From the NCBI RefSeq assembly GCF_003704095.1, contig NW_020846105.1:186001-243311 (forward strand): a stretch of DNA of 57,311 nt, given 5' to 3'. A program made the translations under genes and the position numbers. Source of the stretch: Pocillopora damicornis. Taxonomy: Eukaryota. This document shows, one piece after another, positions 1 through 13,800 of the stretch. Positions within the stretch are counted from its first letter, which is position 1. Every line of letters begins with the position of its first letter. The notes under the pieces are model-generated. The model did no database searches. It was not told the DNA's origin and worked only from the letters and a program-made list of their open reading frames with translations.

Positions 1-46
1 AGCTAGAACAATGCTTAGTGTTGATATCTTGAGCGTGACACTTCCC

Positions 47-312
47 NNNNNNNNNNNNNNNNNNNNNNNNNNNNNNNNNNNNNNNNNNNNNNNNNNNNNN
101 NNNNNNNNNNNNNNNNNNNNNNNNNNNNNNNNNNNNNNNNNNNNNNNNNNNNNNNNNNNNNNNNNNNNNNNNNNNNNNNNNNNNNNNNNNNNNNNNNNNN
201 NNNNNNNNNNNNNNNNNNNNNNNNNNNNNNNNNNNNNNNNNNNNNNNNNNNNNNNNNNNNNNNNNNNNNNNNNNNNNNNNNNNNNNNNNNNNNNNNNNNN
301 NNNNNNNNNNNN
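47..312. other. Assembly gap (266 N)
   Basis: Run of N. The two poly-X ORFs in the track are artefacts of it. Confidence 0.99.
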
Positions 313-458
313 AGCTTTAACCAATATAAGCTAAGTGTTGACAATCCTTTGATGTTATCTTAATCTACTAATAACAGCAATGATTTCAGTATTAACACTT
401 GCCAGGAAGGAATTTATCTGATTATATGTATATTTTTCATTTTATGATATTTTTCCAG

Positions 459-3400
459 TTTTTCAATTTGGAACACAATGATGGGTACCTCACTATTAAG
501 TATACCTTGGGCAATTGATCAGGTTTGTGAATAAATAAAAATAAAGAGTTAGACTAAAATGATATTTATAGAAGATACATTACAAGATAAAGAACTCTCA
601 CTGGTGAAAGACTGAGGTACTGATTTGATTCACTCGGAGTGTTCCCATACTAATCCTGATTAAACAAAAAAAAGGACCAGTTTTATTATGTCTGTGTGTG
701 TCTCAGCACTAATACGATATGAACTACAATAAAGAACAGTAGCCAGTAAAAACACTAACTGTAAGTTAACAATGAATGTATCATATCATGTTTTCCAGGC
801 TGGTTTTGCTCTTGCCATTATTCTCTTGGTTGTCATGGCAGGTCTTTGCCTCTATAGCTGTTACTTGATAATAAGATGTGCAGAAGAAACGGGTTAGTGA
901 GGTTTTTGAATTCACATGATTATAATGTTATTCATTATTAATGATATACGAAATTAATATAACATGTTTATGCAAGTAACTTTATTAGTGACTGATTATA
1001 AATTTTCATGATGTAATTAATTAGGCCGTAATTCTGCCCTTCATGAAACATAGATCCTTGCCTGCCCTAGATAGGACCTGACTCCTAATTAGTTGGTTTG
1101 ATTTTCAATTTACCGTTCCTTTAGCAAAACAAGGTGACGTCCTAGAATTTTCTGATATCTGTAAGAAGTACCTTGGTAAGCCAGGAGAGTTCATTGCAAT
1201 CCTGTTTTCTGTGGCTGCTAATGCTGGAGGGGCCATAGTCTTTTGGGTTTTAATGAGCAGCTTCTTGTTCTATTCTGGAAAGTACATTCATGGTAACTAT
1301 CTTCTTTTGTATTAGCTTGATGCAAGGTTTTGGTCAGTACAGGTCTTCAGGAAATGGCAGAAAATTTAAAAATGGGTCACTGTAATTTGTTTTTACCACT
1401 AATTAAATGATTCATTCATTGGAAGGGAGTTGTATTCCCCATATGTTATACAGATTAAAAGTGAGTAGTGCTTAAATTTTTAACATTTCATCTTTATTTA
1501 ATTATTTATTATTTTTCAAGTTTTGTAGAATCTCTTTGCTAAAACAATGTACTAATTTGTATTCTTATCCTGTTTTAAAAATTATTTTATTTTTCCTTCC
1601 TGTGTTATTTCTATTATTATTACTGTTAGTATCATAATTATTAAACAGACTATTAATTTGTGTTATAGAGACTGTCCATCATGCTTATTCAGTTCCCACT
1701 TCCAGAAATATTACAAATGGAAGCTTCTCCCCAGGCCACTTAGAAGGTATTTTGGTGTGAATTAATCCAAGAGAACTATTTACTTTTCAATCTTATAAAT
1801 CTTAAATGTGTGGCTTGAATACAACTTTTTCTGCTCAATTACTCCTAATCAGATACCCATATTTTCTATTCCTTTCTCCTTCCATACTCCATCTTTTGAT
1901 TTACCATCTTAACGTTTTGATTTTCTATCTTTTGATGTTCCATCTTTTCAGGTTCAGTTCATCCTTTTCCCATTAATTTTTACCATCCTTTCCTTTTTGC
2001 AACAACACATTAAATTTCTGTCAGTTGGTAGGACAGTTTGTCTGACACTTATTCACTTTTTCAGTTATTCATTCATTCATTCATTCCACACTGTACTTGA
2101 TAATTTATTAATCCTTTTATCCAAGGTGTATTTAATTAATTTTCTTTTTATTAATTCGTCCATTTACAATATTTTTAAAGTAAATTGCTTTGATCTTTGA
2201 TTTCTTTGTTTCAACCTCTTCTTTGTGCACGTGATAAGGATAGAGTAAGAAAATTATAACTGAACAGCTGCCTGTATTTCGAACCACTTTACTTTTTTTA
2301 TGTTAATTGGTTATTTCTCTTTTGATCTTTTTACAGTTCTTTGCCCTGGTGGCCACAGTGCATCAGCAAGCTCTGCAAACAGATTAATAACAGCTGACAA
2401 AACAAGCTTCTTCAAATTCTGGCAGCTCCAACACACCGTACCCCTCTTTTTAATTGCCATCCTGTTTCCCTTGTGCAGTGTAAAGTCACCAACGTTCTTC
2501 ACTAAATTTAACTCTCTTGGTGAGCTCACTGTTATAGAGCTAAGGCAATTGTTTTTAATGTAAAGTGAGGGTATTCATGAACAGTCTCTGTCTCAATTCT
2601 TTACATGCAGGAACCTTATCAGTTGTGTATATTGTTGTCTTCATCATTACCAAAGCCAGTATATGGGGAATTCACATGGATTTTAAACATGACAGCATAC
2701 CAAGTAAGTTAAAAGGGAACCTCTAATGGATACTTAGATGTTACAGTTAGTCTTATTGACTGACTTATTGTGTGGATATTACCATAATTGTTAGATAGAA
2801 CTCAAGATGGGAGGGATAAATGCCATAAAAAAAGATATTTGCAAATTTAGGAAAAAATACATGGACTGCATGCCACTATAAAGTTACTAGGTAGTTCTGG
2901 ATATTATACAGTATAGGTGATATAGATCTATCTATATTTTTGTTGTAGTGTTCAAGGCTAGTTTTCCAGCTCTAACAGGAATACTTACTCTGGCCTACTT
3001 TATTCACAACTGCATTCTTTCAATAATGAGGAATCAGGAGAATCCTAAAAATAATGTAAGTGCTTCAAGTAAAAATATTAAAAGGTGTTGTTTATTGCTG
3101 CCCAAATATGAATCAGAGTGTTCTTGTTCCTGTAAAGAGTCATTATGCAATGTGTATGGATAATCCTGCGACCCTAGTTTATTAATTTAACCCTTCAACT
3201 CCCAGAATTGATTTATGTGTAACTTTTCCTTAGGATATATCCATACATTATCCAGCAAACAGTTAGGTAATGAGAATACTCAAACTTATCGAGTAAAAGT
3301 GTTATCTTGATCTGATACCAAATTCTCATAGCTAGTTTACAAAGAAATTTGCAGCAGCTGGAGGGGAGAATTGACAATCAGATCTTGGGAATTAAAGGGT

Positions 3401-5353
3401 TGAGTTGTTTACCCTACATTTCACCAGGAAGGGTTTCTTTTCACTTCCCTAGTCATCCATAGGTTAAGCCACAAAGCCTCAAACTTATCTTAGATAGGTT
3501 GTTAAAGAGGTTTCATTATTTCTTTTAGCACTCAAACTTGTAGAATAAGCATATATATGGCAGCTGGGATATGCTTGATAAAAATTAGCATTTTAATTTT
3601 ATTGGAAAAATTACCTCTTTTAATTATTCTTTTTTGTCAGGCACGTGACCTCAGCATAGCTTACTTCTTGGTAGCTTTAACATACATAGTTGTTGGTTTG
3701 CTGTTTTTTATTAGTTTTCCCAGAGAAAAGTCTTGCATTCAAGAGGTAAAGTGTATAGTTGGTTCTTCAATAAAATTAGGAGAGAGGTTTTTGAACATTG
3801 TAAATCAGTTAGTGCAGTGGACCTTACTGTTGGATGGACATGGAGTAACAAACCAGTCAAAGCTTAAGTGCAAGACAAAAAACATTACTTAACAGTAGTA
3901 TTATTCAATAAATAACTTCCTGATAGCATGAATTAGATGTTTATCCTAGAAAATGCAAAATTAAAGTTGGTGCAAAACCACATTTTCATATATTACCTTA
4001 GTTTTCTACACACTTCTTAATGTTTTTTTAATGTAATTAATTGCTCTTTTACTGATGATGTTTTCATTATCCTGTAGGTTCTTCTTGATAATCTTCCAGC
4101 TCCAGACATTATGACATTTATAGCAAGGCTTTTTCTCCTGTTTCAACTTACCACTGTGTTTCCATTGATTGTTTACATCATACGTGTGCAACTCATGTTA
4201 TACTTCTTTAACAAAATTTATCCAAGGTAAGTTGGTTTGAAGCTTTTCTTTTCATTGCCTTTTGGAATTTGTCAACTGGAAATTTTTTTAATTTTATAAG
4301 TGATGAATTTGTCAGATGTTATTTTTTGTGGGGGGCTAGTTAATTTGGTTTTAGATAATTTAAATTGGTCACTGTAAAGAGTTTCTACAGCTGACATTTT
4401 GAGCATTAGCCTTTTGTCAGAGAAAAAAAAAATTGAAAAAACCTTCATATTTCACTCAGACAAAGGGTTTATACTTGAAAAGTGACCAATCTATATCATC
4501 AACTCAGTTGATAAAAGCAAATTATCCTGTAATTTCCCCTGCCAATGCAGCATCGCAGTTTTTGTAGAATCTTACCCCCTTTACTGTTTTTAGGACAGAT
4601 TGGTGGCCAAGTTTGTTAAAGGTTCAAAAGTGTGATTGTAATATATGAAGACCTATAAATGTCTATTTTTTTACAAAAAAACTTGTGTTGTTGTTTTTCA
4701 CAGCTTCCTACATATATTTGTCTTGAACCTAGCCCTTATTGGAGCCTGTGTATTATTTGCTGTAGTTTATCCACATGTTGGCAACATAATCAGGTAACTA
4801 AAGGAAATCCTCAGGATTACAGTTGAAAATGTCAGAAACAGGCTTGGTCCGTTCTTGGTTACTTCTCTCAAAAAAAAAAATAGAAAAAATCAGACAAGGA
4901 CATTACCTGAAATGTATTGCCAATCTCCTTCTCACTTTAACTCTAGACCAGAAACAGTTTGTAATTAAAAAAAACATTGCGGCTCCCTTGGTCTTACTAC
5001 ATGACCACTGTGCACAGGTTGTCAAATTAACAACTTAATTTCACCTCAAATTTATTCCCCATTTTTTTGTCTCTTTTTGCTATGACGATTAAAACGGTCC
5101 CAATTTAATAGAGCTGTCCTAGGGAAAATGGATTCTTATTTCACAATAGCTCACGTGATGCACTCTTGTCTTTTGTCACAGATATGTGGGATCATTAAGT
5201 GGCCTGGCTTACAACTACTCACTGCCATGTATTGTGCACATGCTGATACAGAAACAGAAAGGACAGCTCTCTTGGCCCAGCACTGTGTTCCATTCTTGCA
5301 TTGTTGTTTTTGGAGTTCTGAATTTTTTGTCCCAGTTCTTTATTAATGGATGA
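459..5353 (+). CDS. SLC38A9: SLC38A9-like lysosomal amino acid transporter, copy A (5' exons missing)
   Basis: Eleven frame-consistent GT-AG exons: 459-522, 799-892, 1125-1292, 1669-1746, 2337-2519, 2611-2703, 2949-3055, 3641-3745, 4078-4226, 4704-4793, 5182-5353 (TGA). The translation has SLC38A9 signatures FSIWNTMMGTSLLSIPW, WVLMSSFLF, SPTFFTKFNSLG, LTLAYFIHNCI, ENPKNNARDL and LLFQLTTVFPL. Confidence 0.92.
3187..3403. mobile_element. ~210 bp MITE with piggyBac-like ends, in an SLC38A9-A intron
   Basis: TTAA|CCCTTCAACTCCCAGA ... TCTTGGGAATTAAAGGG|TTGA: imperfect terminal inverted repeats with CCC/GGG termini and TTAA-like flanks. Related copies occur at 9423, 10508, 12569 and 13232. Confidence 0.75.
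4362..4583. repeat. Decayed fold-back interspersed repeat
   Basis: Nested inverted arms: ATTGGTCAC (~4364) / GTGACCAAT (~4482), and GAGCATTAGCCTTTTGTCAGAG (4401-4422) / CTCAGACAAAGGGTTTATACTT (4455-4476). The right boundary is approximate. Confidence 0.5.
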
Positions 5354-7815
5354 GATTATTTTTGATAGTTCAATTCGATGTTCTAATCTTGTAATACGGT
5401 AGAATAAGATACTTGAGATATGTTTTCTATGCAGTTATGTGGCAAATTGTCTCGAGGATTTAATTAAGACCTCAATGTTAATGGTTCCTACAATCAAATG
5501 CGTTAAATGTTCAAAATTCGGTGGACTACTTTAATTACCTGGTGCAGGTCACTGTCATACTGTATGATTTCGATAAAGTTTTGAGAAATATGCGCATCGT
5601 CACTGGTTAACTCAGTTAAATTCTCTATTCTCTTATTTGATAACATGATGTACCTTTTTTTACCGTACTCATGTTTTTTATCCATAATAACTCAGCTTTC
5701 CACACTAACATATGCGTTGAATCGTTTTTATAAGAAAAATTTTATCAATTTTCAGATCATTGTTTAGTGGAATAAGGACTGGGAAAAAAAGATTTAAACA
5801 TAAGAAGTACAGTCACGAAGTATTTAATGCTGGCTCGACCTCCTTACTAGTCTCCTTCGCAGTCTGTCTTCGGTTTTCACGTAATGGGGAGCGTTGCGCG
5901 ACTACCCAAAGATGGGCTCCCTTGTGTTTGCACTTTTCCCCTGTTTTGGGACATTTCCTGGTTCGTATAACTAAACAATGCACTTAGATAGGAGACATCA
6001 AACAAAAACCTGATTGAAAATATATATTTTTTGAAAATTGTAATGTAATCAAAGTCAGTAAATGCCCTTCACGATAAGAAGAGGTGAAAGCACAATGACA
6101 TTTGAGTTGATAATTTTGCTCTGGTTTTATTATTTATTGATCTGTGCTTTTTTGGGGAATTAATTTATTCCGTTTCCGTAACGAATATTTTGGGAAACGT
6201 CTATTTTTAGGTGGTGTTTTTGCTGCGTCTGAAGACCCTCGATACGGGTTTGCACCTGATTAAAAGAATTTCTATGTTCCAAATAATTTTATCAATATGC
6301 AACGGGTATCTTTGTGGGGAGAGGTTTCAAATAATAAAATAAAACCGCAACTAAGTCACTGATCTGTAAATAGTTTCTTACTGCTTTGCACTTTAGTTAA
6401 ACCCCCCACGTAACTTGGCACCTAACAAATTTTGGTACACGTTGCAAGAAAATAATCTAGCCTTTGGAGAAACAGAGATGTACTCGAGAGAGGTTGGTTA
6501 AAGTGGTACACCAAAGGGGGGACCAACTGCCTCACAAAATAAGGACCCACTTAAGGGCTCCTTCATGATCTCGAGCCTTTATTTGTTAAGACAAAGTGAA
6601 GTGGCGCGGTAAGGATGGTAAAGGTGAAAGTTTATTAAGTGCTAGACTAAGAGAGCTAAGCGTGTCAGTTCATTCTTCTCGAAACGAGTAGCACAACATT
6701 TTCAGATGTCCTCTGTGAATCCATAGAGCTTTATGTATCACCCCTTTCTACAGAATATTATCAACTCGTATGTGTCTCCATCACAATGAAATCTGTTCGC
6801 GAGGTTGTCAAATATTGATGCAACGATGGATTTTCATCCCAAATCAGCCCGTGCTCCAGCCCTTTATGAAAAGCACCACTTTAATAACTCCTAAATAAAA
6901 TAAATTGTTGAAAGACATATTATCCGGAGCAAAACTCTGAAGGCATCTTTTCATTCTGGTCAATCGTTCCCATCACACATGCCGTAGGTTTGTCATGCCC
7001 CTTTACTTTCAACAGTCGGCACTGGGGTGTGGCTGTTTTTGCCTAAGGTTAATTAAAAATTAAATTGGGTAGTGAACTCGTGACCCCGAGGTCAGTTAGT
7101 TTAACTACTTTTAATACTTACCTGGGGGACCGTAAGAAAATTGATTGATTTGGTGCAACCTCTGACCTTTATTTGTTACCAGACAGCCTACAAACGGGCA
7201 CACACTTGTGAACAGTTTTATAAAGTGCATGTTGTGCACTTTACTCGTCTCAACTTGTCCTTTAGATGCTCCTGACACATGATGTAATTTGGTGTTAAAC
7301 AACGTAGCCTGACTGACTTATATCACTCACGGGAAAATGTTTCTTCTGTCAGAGAACAAAGTGTTTTGCTTGGGTTCTTAAATAGGATGAAATTTACGAT
7401 AACGGTCTTCGTAAAACGCTACTTCATTATTAATAATAAGTAATAATAGTAATAAGTAAAATTCAAGGAGCAACTCTCCAAAAATCGATCCTGTTCTTTG
7501 TTTGGTCGTATTCTGTTACAGTTCCGAGTTCCATCACATCACTGCGGGTAAACCACGTTCCCGCCTCTGGATCTTGTGTCTTCTATTAACTGCATGTTTT
7601 AAAAGAGACGTTTTAAAAAGCTCGTGACTCGGTGGTGACTGGTCAAGACGGGTATAACGCTTGTACGCTCCTGTGTTGATATTTACAATACCCCTCGAAC
7701 AAGACCCGATATAAGCCTTCATACAAAAAGCTGCCTTGTTCCTCCAAAAGGAAAAATATTTAAACAAAGCACAACTCAGCGTCAGTTTACCCGACTGAGA
7801 ATTTTGAATCATATC

Positions 7816-10800
7816 ATGGCTGATGAAAAAGGACCAAACTCTTTAAGTGAAGTGGGAGTGGCGATCATAGACGAAAAATCTCCTTTAATCTCGGTTCAAC
7901 TGGGCGATTCAAGCAATTCTGGAGACAAGTTAAATTTTCCAGCTAATTCAAGGTAGAGTCCTTGTCTTGAGGGGTGTGCAATTTCTATAACGTTGTCGGC
8001 TTTATGCAAATTTTCGCAGTTGACACTCTACTTTGTGCAGTGCCGAAAATTTCTTAGCTATTAAAACTAGCGGAGTGAATTTGAAAGCGATCTTCGCAGA
8101 AATGAAATAAACCAGCGGAATTACGCCATAATCGAATCTTGACGGTTAAATCCAACGGAAGTATGACTTTGCGGAAATAGGTAATGATAGCATTTCCAGA
8201 CAGTTTGAATTTGATGGGAGTGTAGGCATCTCTGTTTATACTTTGGTGCGCGGGAAAAAACTCACTTGGAGTATTTTAGTCCTTCGATGCACCTGCAGAG
8301 CATATGTGTGTAAGATCGTTTCCGCGGGAGATTAATCTAACACCAAAAATACAGAGCCCCCTAAACTGAGCTCATGGTACAAGTAAAAAGCCTTGTCAAA
8401 AATGATAATTTGTGGCCTTTTTGCACAAAGTAAATGGCAATTTAGGAAATACCATGGACTATTTGGGGTAGTTTACGTGTAGTACTCACTAAATGCAAAC
8501 CATAACATGGCACACCCAAGTTGTTTATCTCTCAGTTGTTCTACGAGGGACCACAATTTACCCAATTAATCTGGCTTCAAGTTGATTTTATGTTACTTTG
8601 AGAATGATAACTGGAGAGTAAGAGTAATTTATCAGAAATCATCATAAAATGAAAGGTCATTAATTCATGTTGGCGAAGCAGCCGACACGAACTGTTCACA
8701 TGCTGCAATGGATTTTGAAAGCTCAAGGTAGTGGATAGCTTGTAATTGAGGAGGTACGTTACCGTGATCTCAAAGTCTATTTAGCTTTATCAAATCCTTT
8801 TTTTTCTCACATGATAAGCACGCTCGATTTTCTTTTGATTTTACATTCAGTGGTACAATGGACTAGGTGCAAACTGGATTTTCAATACGGATTTTAAACA
8901 CTTGGTCCATGGAACGTAGACTTCTGAACCGGAGCAAGTTAGAGTAAAGCATTGTCTTCGTTTGAATTGGTTTTGTTTTTATTTTATTACTCTTTAGTAA
9001 AAGAAACCAAAATGGCATCACAACAGGAAATTATACTCAAACAAGGAAACCCTTCAATCTTAATTCTTTCAAGAAAGCAATTGTGTCTTCCTTGGAGTAT
9101 TGGGACTTGGCAGCCAAGTTCAATCGTTATAGATACATCTCTCGCTTATCTAATCACAATGTGGTAAGTAAATCATTATTTATGGAAATTTCACCATGCA
9201 TGCTTGTAAGGCTTCAAAACTAGTCTGTCTAGTGTATTATTTTAACTCCTTAGGTAAACTTTATAAGTTTGTGCTTTTCCCCTTTTATAGATAATTCCAA
9301 GTCACCTGCTTCCATCTCAGTCTGTTGTTACAAAAGAGAGGAATGAGAAACAAAGCAGCCTTGTCACAATGTAAGACTAATACCCCATTCACACCAGCAA
9401 AACATGTTTAGTTAAACTGGGTTTAACCCTTTAACTCTCACATGAGTGACCAAGACAGAATTTCTTCTTACAATATCAATACAATATAAAACAGACAAGT
9501 GATGGGAATAGAGGAAAATATACCAAATTCTTCAAAATAACATCACAAGAATTGTATGGCTGACAGTAAGGAGAATCACTTAGAGGATCTTGAGAGTGAA
9601 GGGTTACCTAAATGGAAATCAAAAGTAGGGAACTGAAAAAACTAAGTTTTCTCTAAGGTTTAAAGGGCCACTAACTTTTATTTTCATGTGCTAAATTTGA
9701 AGTTGACAAACATGGCCTTAAGCAGCTGCTATGAAGAAAATGATTTCAAACCTGTTAAACAAAACAGCTTTTGTGAATTTAAAGCATTGTTGTGAATGGG
9801 TTATGACTAAATACTTCACCTAGTCTATATAATGAACTACCTCTAACCTAACTAATAATGATAACTGCCTAATTGTCCTGTTGGAAACAATGTACCGGTA
9901 TGTATTTCTTCTACTAAAAGTTTTTTTGGTTTAAGCCCTGTTTCACTAAGGAAAACTGGTTTTGTGCCCCTTAGTCTCTATTTAACCATGCTTTAGAATT
10001 TCTAATGTTGCTTTTGAGGTGAGTGTGGTATTTTGAAACTGATAATTACAATGCTGAAATTTACATTTATCTGCACTCAATTTCTGCACTTCTCTGGCAG
10101 TACTCACCTTTGTATGATTTGAATTTCAATAAATGTATTTATTTCCCAGCTTTTCCATTTGGAACACGATGATGGGCACATCACTGTTGAGCATGCCATG
10201 GGCTATCAATCAGGTTTACAGCTATGTTGCGCCTCTATTCCTGGATAATTTACTACTAACAGTAACTTTACTATAATCATGAAATCATTGTTATCCAAAG
10301 TTAATTGTTTACTCTGTTTCAATGACCTGAAAGCTACTTAATATTTAAGCTGAATCTCTGTCTATTTTTTTCAGGCTGGATTTGTTCTGGGTACCATTCT
10401 TGTGATAGTAATGGCTGGAATTATTTTTTACACCTGCTACTTGATAATAAAGTGTTCACAAGAGAAAGGTATTGTGTAATTGTGCCTCTTATCCTATTAA
10501 ATATTGTGATCTGATTATTAATTTTCCCTTGTAGCTGATACACATTTCCTTGTAAATTAGTTGGGAGAATTTGGTGTGAGATTAATTCTACCTGATAATT
10601 TTGAGTATTCTCATAATGAGTTTGGTGGGTGATGTCTGGATATTATAGGGAGAAGTAATTTGTTGATCACTTGTGGGAGTTATAGGCATTGAAATGTGAC
10701 AGACTATGCATTTTGATATTCTGCTTTACTACTCTTTTAATTGTTAACAAAATTACATTAATTTCATTGACATTTAATGTTGTAAGGTTATAGCTGACAA

Positions 10801-13800
10801 AAGTCTATCCCAATTATTTTAATATAAAATAATGTATCTACTTTTGATAATGCCAAATTTGAAGTTCAACTCTAGTACTAAGGAACTTATCAATTAAATT
10901 ACCTCTTTTGTCTCTTTAGTGGAGCATGGAGATGTTGTGGAATTTTCTGCTTTATGTAGAGAGTATCTTGGTAAACCTGGAGAGCTCATTGCAGTATTGT
11001 TTTCAGTGGCACCTCTCGTCAGTGCAGTCATTGTATTTTGGGTTTTAATGAGCAACTTTCTCTTCAACTCTGGAAAATACATCCAAGGTAAGGTATTTTA
11101 TAAGTATGGTACATGACTTACGACTAAATTGAAATGTTAAACAAACCTGTTTATGAGTATAAAATTGACACCTTCTAACCGTAACAACTGTTTATTCAAA
11201 TAGTTTTTCTTTCCTCCCATTTAGAAAACATATTTTCAGTTGCACTAGTGATCAACTCTTCAACCACTTTGGAAGGTAGCAAAAAGTTTATGTCTATGTC
11301 CATAGAGTATTATTTTTTATGTGCTATTTGCCCAACAAATTTACTTGTGGCATGATTGTTCATGAGTTCATTTTAAATTTTTCTTCATTTTCATCTGCTT
11401 TATCCATCTACCTGTTAGAAACACTTTTGGTAAACACTTTAAATACTTTATATAAATACTTTGTTGAGCTCTCTGCTCATGTTATCCACACACTTTTTTT
11501 CAGTGCTTTGCCCAGGTGGCTACAGTGCAGGGGTAACTTCTTCAAATAGCTCAGTTATTCAGGATGAAAATTCATTTTGGCATGTTCAACACACCGTACC
11601 ATACTTGTTGATTGCTGTCTTCTTTCCACTGTGCAGTGTCAGGTCACCAACTTTTTTCACAAAGTTTAATTCTTTAGGTAAGGTAGTATTAAGTTTCTTT
11701 GATCAGTGTTGTTTAGTTTATCTTTTTCTATGTCCTCAATATTTTTTTTGTAATCTCTCTCTCTCTTTTTTCTCTTCAAGCTCAGTCAATTTATATAATA
11801 GGTAACAGACAGGGAATTTTATAATGTACTTACCACCTCTTGTGTCATAAAATCTGTAGTACAGTAATGACAAAGAGACTTTTGCCTTTGAAATAACAGT
11901 CACTGATGAAAGAAACAGGAGTAAACATGGGGATTAATTGCAATGGGTTACAACCTGTGGGCCCACAGTCCAAAACTAACTATTTATTCATGCAAAATGA
12001 TATTTATGTTGTTTATGTAGTCTCATGCCAACCACAGCTGGAAATCTCAAAAGTCACTTGTCAAGAACATTTCAAGAGGTTGGGTTGGTGCTGGAAAGAG
12101 AAATTTGAAAAAGAATTGGCACGAAAAGAATAGTATAGAGCCAACATGTCTCCATACAACTACAGGAGTAGCATTTACTTTTAAGCTTGACTTCAGTTGG
12201 CTTAAACATTTGGACTGCATCTGATAGAATGCAATTCTTAAATGGGCTGTTTCTAGTTACCTTTATACTTTTCTCTACACAGGAACCGTGTCAGCCATCT
12301 ACATTATCATCTTCACTATTATCAAAGCCAGCATATGGGGAGTCAACCTGGACTTTAAAAAAATACCAAGTAAGATCTTGAAGCTAGTGCTGATTAAAAA
12401 AAGTTTAACATCAGTAAAAGATACTGGTACTTGAGTTAGAGCAAGAAAATAAAAATCACTTAGTAAGATATAATTTAGGTTTACAAAATATTAGATAGAT
12501 GACCAATTAAGAAATGTTATTAAATAATAACATTACACAAATCTTAGTCCAAACTTAGAAGGATGGTCTCAATCCTTTACGTCCTAACATCACTTTGCAT
12601 ATTCTCCATACTGTTCCCAATACATTTCCTAGGGTGCAGACAAGGAGAATTTGTTAAATTATCAAGAGGTCCTTCTGTAGTTGATGATCTTTTTCTCTAT
12701 TGTCATGACTTTAATGTTTGATTCAGTGGTGTTACTGTAAGGAGAAATAAGATGGTAGTCACTCTTAGGGTGAAAGGGGTTAAGTAGAAAGAAGATTTCT
12801 GTGTAACATTTTTTTAAAACTGTAAAGCAGCAGTTTATTTGTTATTTTGTTAGCTTTATATTTTTTACCTTAATTTTGTTTGGGAGTATGTGTCCAAGAT
12901 TGGCAATAGTTCATGATAAAGAAGTAATGTCTATCATTATTTGTAGTTATATGGGATATTTTTATACTAACATGTCTCCCATTTCTTCTGTTGTAGTGTT
13001 CAAGGCTAGTTTTCCTGCCCTAACAGGTTTACTTACTCTGGCCTACTTAATTCACAACTGTATTCTATCAATAATGAGGAACCAGGAGAACCCTAAAAAT
13101 AACGTAAGTGATCCATATTTTTGAAGGTTACTCTCAAGTGTTTATTTATTTAGTTTTGCCCAATTATAATACAATAGTATTAATTAAATGCAATACAATA
13201 GTGTTAATGAAGTATTTTAAATTGAAGTTTCTGACTCCTAGGGGTAACTAGTTTCTAGTGCCTCCTCATAACATCACCCCTGAATCACACCTTAAAGTTA
13301 TGAGAGTAAATGAAATGATCACCTATTAAAGAAGCTCTTAAATTTTTAAACAAATTCTCCTTGTCAGTGCCCTTGGGAATGTATGGAGAACAGTATCAAG
13401 AACAATAACATACTGATGTAAGAGTTACTCTTTTCTCTTCTTTCATTTCAGGAACGAGACCTCAGTGTAGCTTTCTGTCTTGTAGCATTTACATATACAC
13501 TTGTTGGAGTGCTGTTCTTCATTTCTTTTCCTAGAGAAAAAGATTGTATTCAACAGGTAATATATCCTACCAAAAGTTGTGCATGACTGTATTTAGAGAT
13601 GTACAGATTTACTAAAATATATCCCTACAAGTTATGTGCCCTTGTAGTGGATGCACCCTAAACAATTCCTTTGCACTTTTGCAAATCTTTAGTGTCTGAT
13701 TTTTAGAGAGTATGCAGCTATCAAAGCAAAAGGTAACTGGGCAATTAGCCTGAGACTGAATGAAAGGACAATTTATTAAAATTGTTTTTAATTACCTCAA

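Noticed and set aside
11-344. Two ~108-aa ORFs in the track
   Set aside because: They consist of X residues from the N gap.
7076-7630. CTCGTGAC sites as CLEAR/TFEB elements of SLC38A9-B
   Set aside because: They mismatch the core E-box (GTCACGTGAC) and are too short to distinguish from chance.
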